Shown here: positions 12,161-24,780 of the stretch, one piece after another
Layout: the number at the start of each line of letters is the position of its first letter
Numbering within the stretch: the stretch's first letter is position 1
NCBI GenBank assembly: GCA_023213395.1
Contig: CM041465.1
Coordinates: 136,593,741 to 136,657,740, forward strand
Length of the DNA: 64,000 nucleotides
Direction of reading: 5' to 3'
Source: Cycas panzhihuaensis
Lineage: Eukaryota; Plantae; Cycadophyta
Translations under genes and position numbers: made by a program
Notes under the pieces: generated by a model
Told to the model about the DNA's origin: nothing
The model's input: only the letters and a program-made list of their open reading frames with translations
Database searches by the model: none

Positions 12161-14824
12161 TCCTTTTTTCTAGAATCTTTCCATGAGATATTTGTGAGTT
12201 TTATTGGTACTTAGAACTTGTATGTTAAAGTTTCAAGTGGCTTAAGATTTTGTATTTTGTTTATGTATTATAGTGATAGGAGTTATCTTTTATAACAAGA
12301 TGGGAATGGGTGTAAAAATATAAATCTGATGTATTCAAGTGGTTTGGAGGTAAATAAGGAATAAGAACACGATCTTAATTGAAGAATTGATTGAAATGAA
12401 GACACATAGGAGTGGTATATAAAATTTAGGAATTGAATTGGTTAGCCAATATATAATGGAAGATATAATTGGGGTTCTATATATACATGTAGTAAAGGTA
12501 GGAACTTAGAGGAAAAATAAGATGATTTAGGAAATGAGGGTTGAAAGAAAGGGGCATGTGGGTTATGTGAGAGCTTTGGGAGTAACCTACATGCAGTATT
12601 AATGGAAGAAGAGTACGAAATAGGGGGTTAGACTCCATTAGGTAGTTCTATATGGTAAAATAACTTATTTAAGTGAATTAGAAAAAAGTAAGAAATAAGA
12701 GGATATGTAGTGAAAAATGCTACAAAACTATAAGAGGGAGATCGGGAGTAAGGATGATATAATAGACTTTGTAGGTAATTAAGTAACAAGGGGTGTAACA
12801 ATTTTGTAAGAGAAAATTGAGGGATAAGGGGATATAACAGTTGGTTGATATAGTTGAGAATGGTAATAGGAAGAATTAAAATGAAAAAAAAAAGGTTAGG
12901 TGATAATGGTAGATGATAAGGATGATGAGATAAATTAGGGAGTTGAGGCTTATATAAAGGATGTTTAGCGAGTGATAATTTAAGTGAAGGAAGTAAGAGA
13001 TAAGGATGGCATATGTTTTGGATGAGGTTAGGGGACTAAATACATGTAAGAGTAGTGGGGGAATGATGAGTGAGAGGGCAAAAGTGGTTTGGGTTAAGAC
13101 TAAGGCTAAGGAGTGATATATATATATAGAAGGGTAATAAAAGGATGGGGAAAATACTTATATGAAGCATAAAATAAATTAAAGGATAGAAAAAACAAGG
13201 AAAGAGAAAATTTGAGCATGGTGAAGAGGATAGGATTTAACTAATTTGAAATATAAAGGGAATTGGGGATTAATGAAAAAATTAGACTCATCTTACTACC
13301 AATAAAGACGTAAAGCAACTACAATTTTTTGGTAAGTAGAGGATGTGGGTTTTTCTATAGCCATAGGATGTTGAGATTCAAGAGGAACTATAAAACTACA
13401 ATAAGGAATAAAGTAATACAAGACATAATTTAAATTCTCATTAAGTATCTTATTTGAGTTATTTTGTTGCTTAGATTCTTTTATAGGTTACTTCATATCG
13501 AATTCTTTATTACTTGATCCTTGCATCTTAATTGATTTCTCTCTTGATTATTTCTCCAAGTGTTCATCTTTCCCATTATCATGATTTTACATGTGACATG
13601 TTTTTTCATCATCTTGTTTAGTTCTCTATGCCATTTTTTCTTCACTAATAGATTCTTCTTAGTCTCAACCATTTTCAGGCTTCTTTTCATGTTATTCAAC
13701 TAGTTCATCGTGTTAATCACGAATAATATCCCTACTAGATTGCTCTTCAATTTACTTAGCTAGTTCTTTTCTTTCCTTCCTCTTGTCATTTACCTCTTTT
13801 TAAAACCTATCCAAGTAAGCGATGATTTCCTATAACATGTTGTGTATTTGTGAGAGGTCTTCCTATGTTTTTTTTTTTCCATCTTGTATTCTTGGTGAGG
13901 TTCTCTTAAATTATTTTTTTGTCTTCTTTTTGAAATTTCTCTTTGAAATCATCTACAAACATATTAAGTTCTGTAAATATTAGGAGCTTATGCTTCCATC
14001 TTGATATTTATACATATAATGATCTTTTAATACACTCTATATCAAGCCTTAATTAATCTCTGTTATTAATAACTTATAGGATTTTGAATATACATTGAGC
14101 ATTTACTATCCACTTATTCATGTCTATTTCACCATATCTATAATAGGCTATCATATATCCATGTTTAAATTTATAGTTAAATTCTAACAAAACAGTCCCT
14201 ATATGTATTTAGACCAATATTTATACCACTCGAGCTTCTCCTCCTATGTATAATTCAATACACAACTTATAATCTTTTTATCAATGTATTAAATATGAAT
14301 CCATAATGTTCTTCAACATAATCTAGGTATTCAATAGGTATAATCTTTCCTCCTAGGTAAGAGGTTAGAACATCTATAGAATTCTCCATATTTTTGTTAG
14401 GCATTAAGTAATTCAAATTTGCTACAAGTGGAAAAATTACTAAAAATTACATAAAAGGGAAAGATAAACTTCCATCACCAAACTTTAGAATAAATTATAT
14501 TCTAACCATAAAAACTAAGTGGAATAGTTTTTTATAGAAAATGCTTCCAATAAATTTAGCTTAAGGTTATTTGGAGACCTATAGCTTATGTAATAAACTT
14601 TTGAAGTTAATCAAAATTTAAGGTTTTATGGGTTGCAACAATACTTCTTACTAAAATGATGATAACTTTTGATTTTAATATCTCACTAAGTTGAAACTAC
14701 TTTTAACAAAAAATAGAGTTCAAGATGCACCAATTAAAATTTAAAAAATGAAGGTAAGTTAAATAGTTATAGTCTTTACTATGGTCTTGTTGTATTTTTG
14801 CAATGTAAAAATACTAACTTCAAA

Positions 14825-15720
14825 CAAACTTTAAAATGATTAAAACAATTAAAGTAAGGTTGCATACACGTAACCTAAGACATAGATTGACTTTAAATAT
14901 AACTAAAAATAATCAAAGGAATTTACTATATAAAGGCTTTCTCATTAGATTTTAGAATCATGATTTTTATTTGGTTTGAAATTTATTTCTTTTGGTATCT
15001 TTAGGATTAAGGATGATTTTGCTATAATTTTTTATTGTAATTTAAAATTTTTATTTCTATTTTAGCTTTGGGTTCATCATAAGTCTTTTAAAGGTGGACT
15101 AAAATTTAGGGTTTTAGGGATAATAACTTTTGATTATAATATCCAATTAACTTGAAACCAAGTTTAGTAAAAAGTAGATTTGAAACTATAATTATTCAAA
15201 AGAAAATTATAGTCAATCAAATACTTATAGTAGAAGTTAGAGTCCTTTGAAGTTACAGTAATAAATGTTTTACGTTATAGATGATGCTAGACAATAAGTC
15301 GAAGTTAAACCCTGTGATATAACCATTCAAAATTTATAGCACAAGTTTGATCATCTCAAATATATAGTTATTTTTTTAAAATTTAGTCATTTATACTTTC
15401 AAAATTATATATCTTTAATAAAATCCTAATTGAGAAAAATCATACTCTAATTCTACTTGTGATAAACTTACAACTGGAATGGAAATGGAATTTGTGAACT
15501 ATAGCAATAAAATTACAAAAAAATCATCCTCGACCCTCAAGGTATCAAAAGAAATAAATTCTAAATAAAAATAAACTCATGATTCTAAAGTCTAATGTAT
15601 AAGTTTTTATATTGTGGCTTACTTTGATTATTTTAAATTATATTTGAAGTTAGTAATTTTTTTTTTTTTGTATAAATGCAACTTTATTTTAATTATTTTT
15701 AATTCTATTTAAAGTTGGTA
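14825..15720. repeat. Diverged inverted repeat (arms about 14825-15040 and 15500-15720)
   Basis: CATTAGATTTTAGAATCATGA...ATTTATTTCTTTTGGTATC...GGATGATTTT matches the reverse complement of AAAATCATCC...GGTATCAAAAGAAATAAAT...TCATGATTCTAAAGTCTAATG. Confidence 0.75.
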
Positions 15721-17845
15721 TTTTTTTTCAAGATATAGGAACATAATAATCTATATATTATCATTGAAAAAATATTCAAAGTACACCAAGTAGTAACTAA
15801 ATGAATTACAAATGTTGTCAATGACTATTGAAAGTTTTATATAAATAAATAAGCTAATTGTTTAACTCATTTATATTATGCATAGCCTCTTATAAAAAGA
15901 ATAAAATAACTTCATTAAAGGTTAAAAGCTTGCAATAAGTTATACTAAACTATTATTATACACCCACCTATAATCTAAGACTCTCACATGGATATATTTT
16001 ATATTGATTTCAACTTAGAAAAAAAGAAAAATCTGAAAAACAAGAAGCATTTAGAAAAGGTTTACAAAGTCTTATATTCTCTACAAAGTTAGGAAGGAAA
16101 GGGAAGAAAGGGGAAAAGTGGTAATTATACTAGGTAGACCAAACAATAATAACCCTTGCTCTTTCAAAATCTTGTCTTTTAAAATTTCTCCTTCGAGTTG
16201 TAATTGCTTCCAATTGGAAACATATTCTTCAATTACTTGAGTTATTATAGTTGTCCAACTCTAGTTTGAATGGTTGAGCCAAAGATGCATTAACTAACAC
16301 AAGGTAATTTGGATCTTATCATATTTTGTTTTAGCCCATTCTAATTTAGGAAATTATATTTGTGTTAAACATCTTGACTCTACTTGTATATCTAATTAGC
16401 TATATAAATATAGAACCAATTTTTAAATCCCATTAGAATAATGGGTCATATTTTCCTCTACCATTTTAGCAAAATCTCCCTTGACTTTTTTGAGGAAAAT
16501 GTTGATGGCAATCTAATATTTTAACAAAGAATAAAGAATTTAGAAATAATAGGTGTAATGTTCTTATTTTGAAGTATATCAACTTTATCTTGCAAGCCTT
16601 CAATTTATCTAATATTACATTAAGTAATTTTTACCATTCAACACAAATAATTTGTTATGATCAGGTAAGGTTAAGAGTTGAATTTGTAACATTTTGTTGT
16701 AATTCCTTGAACCTCCCTTATATGACCTCTTTTAATGCACTATAATATGTATCTAATGAATTCATTATAGATTTTAATAATCCATATAATTTATGTATCT
16801 TAGAAAAGAATGCCCAAATAATGTAGGCTAAAGAAACCATATCTTTAATAAATATACTTTTTAGACTCAAAGCCACCTATGTTGCTTTAGAAATCTATTT
16901 TAATTATTCATTGAAGTATGTCACTTAGTCTAACGCATCTTGTCAAAGAGGTTGTATTTGTAAAAGCTCCTAAAGTTTGGTTTAAGGTATTAATTTTCAC
17001 TTTTAATTCTCAATTTTTTTTTTTGAATCATTGAGCATCTTATTGACTCTTTTCCAATTCCCCACTGTAAAATCTTTACTTTGTCCCTTATTACTTCATC
17101 TATTATTAGATGTAAGTCCATAATTTCTAGAGCTATGTTTTCTTTTGGTGATAACTTTTGCATCTTAATAGGTTTTTACTTTCTTTCACAATCTATATTG
17201 TTTGCTTGTTATTTTCATAAGCATAGAAAAAACCTTCTATAGAGTATAAGCTACCTTCTATTAGAGCACTTTCCTAGGTTTTTATTTTCCATCACTACTT
17301 TTTGATCTAAGGATAATAATGGGTGATAACTCAGTTACAACCAAGGAGTATGTCTCTTTATTTTTTAGTGTCTTGTCTTTTTAAGATGTAATGCCTTCAG
17401 AGTTATTGGCTCCATTCCTTTGTGGGATGTAACCTTTTATACTATATGGACTTGAAGAAGCATTTTCATCATAATTTAAAGGCCTCGTTTCCACTATTTT
17501 ATTCATAATTATTTCTCTAGTAGTAGTGATAGTCTGCACAACTTCAAAAGGACCTTGATTTTCAATTATTTTGAAGCCTTTTATTATTAATTCACCTCCA
17601 CTCACATTTAAAATTTATAATTCCAAGGGTGATATATTTTAATTTAACTATATTGTTTGTATTTGGGGAATTGGCTTGGCTCTTATTATTAATCTCCTTT
17701 ATAATAACAAGCATTTGAATGTAGTGACTATTTATTAATCTCTTCTAAAATTGTATTCAACTCCTCCTCTATGAATACCATGTCATCTTTAAGAGAGGAA
17801 ATTTCACTCCTAATGTTATTACATAAGATAGTATCCAAAGGTGCA

Positions 17846-17868
17846 ATATATATATATATATATATATA
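17846..17868. repeat. (AT)n microsatellite
   Basis: Direct reading; abuts the TSD of the LTR element. Confidence 0.9.
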
Positions 17869-17873
17869 ATTTT

Positions 17874-18309
17874 TGTTAGAGTTAATCATCATCACTCCAC
17901 TCCCACCTTTCCAACCAGGATTATACACCTCATCAACCTGAATTTAGACATGTGATGCTCAACATGTCAAGGTAAGTTAAGGTAAGTTTAACTTTGATTT
18001 ATGTTAAATTGAGTTAGTTCATTTGAGTTAAGTAAACATTATTTTATTATTATTTTGAATTCAGGGGTTGAGGAGTTTTCCTCCTCCCTTAAATTATAAA
18101 TATTGAGAGGTGTGCAACCCTGGTGTCTTTAGACACTGCCTTCTTATTGGAAATTTGTAATGCTCATTTCTGTTATAATGGATTGAACAATAATGCTTTC
18201 ATGGTTTATGCTATTATGATTATGATACATTGATGTATTGTTGCAATATTGATCTGTGTGATTCTATTACATGTTCTACTATGTTCTCCTGCAAGTATAT
18301 TTTCCTTTA
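17874..18309 (+). repeat. 5' LTR (436 bp)
   Basis: Direct repeat of 22897-23323; has a 10-bp duplication AAGGTAAGTT; terminal CA mutated to TA. Confidence 0.92.
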
Positions 18310-19940
18310 TTTGGTATCAGAGTGAGATTTTGGGCTATTGCATCTCTATTGGTGAAGTTTTTTTAAGAAGAGCAACAGGATTTACGGGCATTCTACGACA
18401 AATTTTCTTACAAGCAAGATATATTAGCTATATTTATTTTCTGAAAATTTTCAACAAGTTTTATATATTATTTCAGTAGATTTTTTATTATTATTAAGCT
18501 ATATCTCTAGTTTAACAAATATTTCTCAGATCTGTTTTTAGATTTGTGCAGATCTACGCAGGATTTCAGTAGCAAACCATATTTGCTCAAGTTTTTTCTC
18601 AGATTTGAGCCATATTTCTTCAGTTCTACACATTTTATCTTATATTTCATCACTATTTCAGCAACAAGTTATATATATTCAAGTTTTTCTCATATTTGAG
18701 TTATTTTCTCTTCAGATCTACAATTTTACCATAATTTTGATAGTTTACAAGTTTTTATTGTCTACTTATCTAATATTTTTTGCAGATTTGTAAAAGAGCA
18801 TCAGTTGCATACAAAAGTTATCAAGTTTTCTTCAAAGATCTGTAATTTTTACTTCATATTTACTATATTTCATTTCAAATCTGCTTGTTTCAATAGTTAT
18901 TTAACCATTTTTTTTAGTATATTTGTGGAGATCTGTAATATTTGGCTATAAATCTACTATACTCACTTCAAATCTGCTTAAGATCTACTTATTTTATCAA
19001 GTTTTTTAGCATTTTCTGCTACACTTAGTTCAGATCTGTTGTATTTCATTTCAGATCTATATTTTTCATTATATTTTTTAAGTATAGTTTTAAGTTTTTT
19101 TTAGATCTGCAGTTTTTGGATGCATATCTTGCCCACCAAACTATTTGTTACAACAAATATGCCTATATTCGACTTGTGAGGAAGAAGATTTATCTACTGG
19201 AAATTTTTTAAGCCTATTTTTCGTCTACAAATCAACTATTTATCAAATCTACAATATTTGAGACATATTCAGCTTCCTGAAGAAGATATACACAAGATCA
19301 AGCCATCTACAACTGCGTATTCTAGGTTCTTCAGTTGTTTTTTAGTTTTAAACATATATTTTTTTATATATCTTGCTCAAGTATATTTGAAAATTTTAAT
19401 TTTTTGCATGACTTTGAAATATTTGGTTCTTCATTTTTTTTTAATTTAAACATATATTTTTCAAATTTTTTCAGCTGAAAACTTATATTATTAAGCAAAT
19501 TTTCTTTGAAAGATTCAAAAGTAAAAAAAACACAAAAATAAATAGGGGCAAGTACCCTTGAGAAAAATAGAACATAGTATAGCATCTTGAAACTCAGAAC
19601 ACATTTGATAATTAAAATCCAACTACAAATTTTTTTTTTTTTTCTTGATGTATGTTAGCAAAAGGCCCTCAACGTCACATTGAAAGAGTGATTTTTCATT
19701 GTCTTCATTTATATATCAAATAAACTCCATAAGTTTTTTTTTAAGCCCAACCATTCAACTCTCCAGGAAAATATATTTCTTTTTTTGCTACCTCTTGCTC
19801 AACTCCTGCATCATCCTCTTCCTCAGTTACCAAGGTACTTGACCTTCTCCTTCTCTTTGTTCCCATATTATACTGCTCCTTCATAAGCTGTTCTGACCCA
19901 CTGTCAAAATTAGTGACTGGTTCATTGTAAGAGGGTTGCC

Positions 19941-20058
19941 CAAAAGCAGTCTTTTTTGCATGAAGAATGAAACGCTTGATAACCTTGGATGCCACAATAC
20001 GCTGCTCATAATCAAAATATGCACTTGGCTCATCAACGAGATAAATGTCTATAGGCTT
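19941..20058 (-). pseudogene. ABCE1: Captured fragment of ABCE1/RLI (RNase L inhibitor), Walker B region of NBD2
   Basis: [39 protein letters not shown] closely matches the plant ABCE motif as I recall it ([39 protein letters not shown]). Confidence 0.92.
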
Positions 20059-20155
20059 CTTGCAACCCAAACACTGCACAAAATACTCAGAATTCATCCT
20101 CCAGCTCATGCTCGGTAGTTCAAGGGTCCAAATTACCAACATACACACGCGACAT
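20056..20155 (-). pseudogene. Captured N-terminal fragment of an RSZ-type (RSZ21/RSZ22, 9G8-like) SR splicing factor
   Basis: ATG at 20155 gives [23 protein letters not shown], then in another frame SVWVAR. Compare [28 protein letters not shown]...SVWVARRPPG. Both stops are TGA at Arg (CGA) positions. Confidence 0.88.
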
Positions 20156-22202
20156 CAATGCTATCTTTTACTGGCCAAATACTTGAATTTACATGTGAAT
20201 CCCGTTAACTAGTCGGCAATCGCTTAAGACTTCAGAAATTTTCCCCTTGATTTTAAAAACGCAGAAAACTGAGTTTTGGACTCCAAAGCAACACAAGATA
20301 ATTGCGACTAACAAATCATTCTATGCACATTTATACAGAATAGGCCTCATCGGTGAAATTTTAGAAATCCTACTAGTGTTAAAACACAAATATAGTGATT
20401 TATTAAGAAATTTTGATCGAAAACCCTAGGACTCAAACCCTAGTCAGTTCTCCTTAGAAGCTTGGCATTGTTCTCCTGCTTCTCCCTGTGTCTGCAACGT
20501 CTCGTTTTCTCCTTGCGTCTGCGTTCTCTCTGTGTCTGCGATGTCCTATTTTTCTCCCTGCGTCTGTGTTCTCTCTACAGAGCGGCGGCATGTATATCAT
20601 TATGGTAAACCCTATTCAGGGTTCACAATAAAATTTTATATATCTTGGCATCTTTTTTTTTCAATTGTGGGCACGCATTCATTGTTAAAAAGGGGTTTAC
20701 CTTTTTTTATTTGAAAATTAAATTTAATTAAATTTAATAATTTTTGAAATCTGCTTTTTAAGATATAAGCCTTCTGTCTCTTCAACCCCTAATCACCTAT
20801 AGCTCTCATGTGATCGTTATCTATCTCAAAGGGGCTAACAAACTTTTTATCAACTTTTTTTTTTTTTTTTTTCATTTTTATATAGGATTATTGGTGTTTT
20901 TTTACCGTAACTCCTCACTGGAGCATTAGTTTCTGACAAAACTAGTTCCACTGGATCATAAATTTTCTGTAAATCAATTTTGGCTGGTCATATGACCAAT
21001 TTGATGCTAATTTGACCCTGTTTCAGTCGATTTAAAGTTGATCAATCTTTTTTTCAGCGTTTTTTCAACTTTTTATAAAATCGCTTTTTGAACTGATTGT
21101 ATTTTATTGCTGGAAAACTATTTTCTACCCAGATTTTTTCTAAAGTGGTCTACATTCAATTAAATTCATTACCTATTTTTTATTTTATTTTTCAGAATTC
21201 ATTTTGACCACTACTTTAATCGTCAAAATTGACATTTTAGTGGTTTTTAACATTTTTCTTAACATTTTACTATAAAGGTACCTGTTACTATTTCTACAAT
21301 AACTTTTTTGTTTGACATCCAAATTCAGTTTTGTCAGTTCTGTTGGGAAGATGACTCAATTCTCTTCGATTTGATATAGTTTTTTTATATATTTTAATGC
21401 ATTTTTACTAATTTTCAATCGCTCAAAGTAGAGGTACTTTATTATTTTAAACCTACCATTTTTTACATATTTTTATATATATTTCTCAAAATTTTTCAGC
21501 TGAAAGTATATTGAGCAATCTTCTAAATAATATTAATCATTTATCAACATTTTATAAAATTTTATTAGCATTTTTATACAATTTTGAGTCCCATGCTCCT
21601 ATTGTGCTTCAAAACGAGGCTTCTTCCTTTGATTTATCAAAACTTGACTTATAGGAACCTATTTTCAAAATGGTCAATTCCGTTGGATTCATATTTTGTT
21701 TATCTTCATACTCGTAAAGTTTCACATCATTCTGATATCATTTAGTATATTTTTGAAGCTGTCAAACTTAAAGTTGTCCTCTAACCCTTCTTTTAAAAAG
21801 TTTCTTCATACTCCTTATCTTTCAAAATAAAATATACATATATTTCAGTTTTTTTCAGTAGTATATATTATCATCAAGGCTAAGTATTTATTTCATTAAG
21901 AGTTTATATTTATTCATTTAAAAAAAATTAAAAGGTTAAGGATTATTCCTTTTATCATCAAAGTTACATTTCAAATTTGTATTGCTAACAAGATCTTTAT
22001 TACATGAAAATTTGCTTATATATCCATCATTTCCTTACTGTGCCTAGTTGATTGACTTTCTAAAGGGAATTTTTTTCCACTTTCAAAAATGTTTATTTGA
22101 AATCATATATATTCATTGTATTTATTGACCTTCTTGACTTAGTAAAAGCATACTTTAAAAGATCATGTTCAATAAAGTAAGTTTGCATGGTGTCATACCA
22201 TA

Positions 22203-22885
22203 GTGAAAAGTTATGGCCATTCAAAATGGGAAATTGTGCCATTTTATCAAGAAAAAGACCTTAGCATTAAAGAAAATTTTAGAAAAGATAATGAAGTTTT
22301 AGGTTTATTATTTTGCACTATGAATGATGATATTTTTTCAAAGGTTTCTGAATTAACAACCTCTAAATCAGTTTGCAATGTATTAATTTTTACTTATGGG
22401 GGAGATACCCTCTATGTATTTGATGATATTTTTGATAAGCATGTGAGACAGGTGACAAAACAGGTGGATCATAATGATAAAACCAATGAAGATTCAGATC
22501 AAATGCATGACCAACTTGCTATACAAGTATCTGCTCCTCCATTTGAGGGGGAGAATGAATCTTATGACATCATGGAGAATGAGTCTGATATGACAGAAAA
22601 GGAATCTTATGATATGACAGTTGTTAACAGCATACAGATTACAAAAGATAAAACTCAAATTTAAATTTTTCTCAATGTTCCAATTGACAAAGACAAAGTT
22701 GCATCTATACATACCTACTTGAATCAAGCATTACTTACTTACAGTTTTTTTGAATTACTTCATGATACAAAGACATATGTTGCAAGAAGGTTGAAGCATG
22801 TTGATGAAGATCATATTTTTAAAGTTTTTTTCAAGTACAAGTTCCATAAGTTCAAGGAAAAGATACAAGTGTTCGTGATGACATT
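22203..22885 (+). pseudogene. Copia gag N-terminal remnant followed by a possible RNase H tail remnant
   Basis: ORF 22203-22664 KDNEVLGLLFCTMNDDIFSKVSELTTSKSVCNVLIFTYGGD resembles Copia Gag (UBN2 type); KFHKFKEKIQV just before the PPT resembles the pol terminus. Confidence 0.65.
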
Positions 22886-22896
22886 AAGGGGGAGAA

Positions 22897-23323
22897 TGTT
22901 TAAGTTAATTGTCATCACTCCACTTCCATTTTTCTAACCAAGATTGTACACCTCATCAACTTGAATTTAGACATGTGATGCTCAACATGTTAAGGTAAGT
23001 TTAACTTTGATTTATGTTAAGTTGAGTTAGTTTCATTTGAGTTAAGTGAACATTATTTTATTATTATTTTGAATTCAGGGGTTGAAGAGTTTCCCTCCTC
23101 CCCTAAATAATAAATATTGAGGGGTGTGCAACCCTGGTGTCTTTAGACACCACCTCCTTATTGGAAATTTGTAATGCTCATTTCTGTTACAATGGATTGA
23201 ACAATAATACTTTCATGGTTTATGCTATTGTGATTATGATACATTGATGTATTGTTGCAATATTGATCTATGTGATTCTATTACATGTTCTGCCCTATTC
23301 TCCTGCAAGTATATTTTCCTTCA
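22897..23323 (+). repeat. 3' LTR (427 bp)
   Basis: TG...CA; direct repeat of 17874-18309. Confidence 0.92.
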
Positions 23324-24149
23324 ATTTTTATTTTTTTTTATAATATGTACTTATCTTATTTTTATTCTCTTCCTTTGGATTAATGACCCATCTTCTTCAT
23401 AAATATCTTTTGATAAATCATCTTCAAAGACTAAAATAGGGGCATTTCAAAAATAACTTACAATTGCTTTATTTTTCTTATCATTCTAGCTAATTGCTTC
23501 ATTCTCTTTTTAGAGTTTTCACCATTATGGCTTATTAGAATGATTGGAGATGGTGTTACTCTACTTGGGTGTGCTCCATATGAAGTACCTTGCCATATGG
23601 AAATATTCATTGATTCTTTATCTTTAAGATTTATAAGCCAATTAGCTCCATTAGGCTAATGATGCCTCTTAAACACCCCAAAAGATGTTAGTTAAGGTAG
23701 CATGTGATCACCAAGATTATAATATCTCTCTTCTATGCTTAACATTATAGACATCTGACATTGAATAGCTAATAAATTCATATCAATCTAATTATTACAT
23801 TTGCAAGACCTAATTCTGATACCACCTCTCTAATATGGTGTCTTTTTATGTTTTGTGCACATCTACTCCATAATAGAATACAATTGCCTATAAATTTCTA
23901 GGAAACATAATCTATTTGATGGAAATTAATCAATCTAAAAATTTTTGTATTCTCCTTTTTTTTTTTTCTTTTTTTCATTAGCCAACCATCTTCTAACTTC
24001 ATTCCCAATTCTTTTGAGATAACTATATAAATGAAAGTGCTTTTATTTGCCTTCCAAATCTTTGAAAAGCAAGATGGGACATATGACCATACATTCTCCT
24101 ATATTTAATCTAGCCCAAAGGCTAGACTATGATTGACAATCCCTAAAAT

Positions 24150-24780
24150 AACAAAAATTAAATAAGAGGTCATGAAGAAACTACCACTAGTTTTGACCAC
24201 TATATGCTATTATATAATCATATCACTAACAATTCCCTCACACTAGAAAAACTTTCTTTTAACTAAGACTAAATAAATTAAATAAGAGGCTATCATATCT
24301 ATTTTGTCTAAATCCTCCTTGTTAAAGATTTTATAAATGAGAGCTATCCAATGTTGAATTCTCTTAGTTAATTTATTAGTTGTTACCACAATTTTTATGT
24401 TTTGCTTAGGTGTTTAAAACAACCTGTTACAAATTATCTCTTTTAATTCCTAGGTTTTCTTAATTGCATCCTATATAACATTCTCATTATAACTTTGGTT
24501 AATCAGAAGAGTCTTAAAAACATACTACAAGCCCTTTTCACTTAAATCAAATAAGTGCTCTTCTTTCAAATAAATCATTTAGGTTTTTTGTCAAACCTCT
24601 TAGAACACAAAAGGACTAAATCATGACAAATGATTACTTTGGGTGTAGAGGCTTTTTAGACCATGCTAAGCCTTTATAAATTAGTGTCTTGTTACCTCTC
24701 AAACTTATAAAATTCTTTCAAATAAAATTCCATATTAAGTTTAGTATCAACAATGACTTGATATTTTTTAGGAGCCATTG
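24150..24780 (-). pseudogene. Decayed accessory ORF downstream of pol in the Tat-like element
   Basis: Starts ATGGCTCCTAAA (MAPKKYQVIVDTKLNMEFY...ASTPKVIICHDLVLLCSKRFDK...EEHLFDLSEKGL); coding-like but with stops and frameshifts; identity unknown. Confidence 0.4.

Larger units (their letters stand above)
17874..23323 (+). mobile_element. Non-autonomous Copia-type LTR retrotransposon carrying host-gene fragments
   Basis: LTRs 17874-18309 and 22897-23323; TSD ATTTT (17869-17873 / 23324-23328); PBS TGGTATCAGAG at 18312; PPT AAGGGGGAGAA before 22897; no PR, INT or RT seen. Confidence 0.92.

Noticed and set aside
13450-17850. Endogenous caulimovirus
   Set aside because: No movement protein, coat protein Zn-finger or caulimoviral RT motif recognised; better explained as retroelement accessory sequence.
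19741-20148. 135-aa ORF as a functional ABCE1 gene
   Set aside because: Only about 39 residues match ABCE1, the start is GTG in an off-frame RSZ piece, and it lies inside an LTR element.
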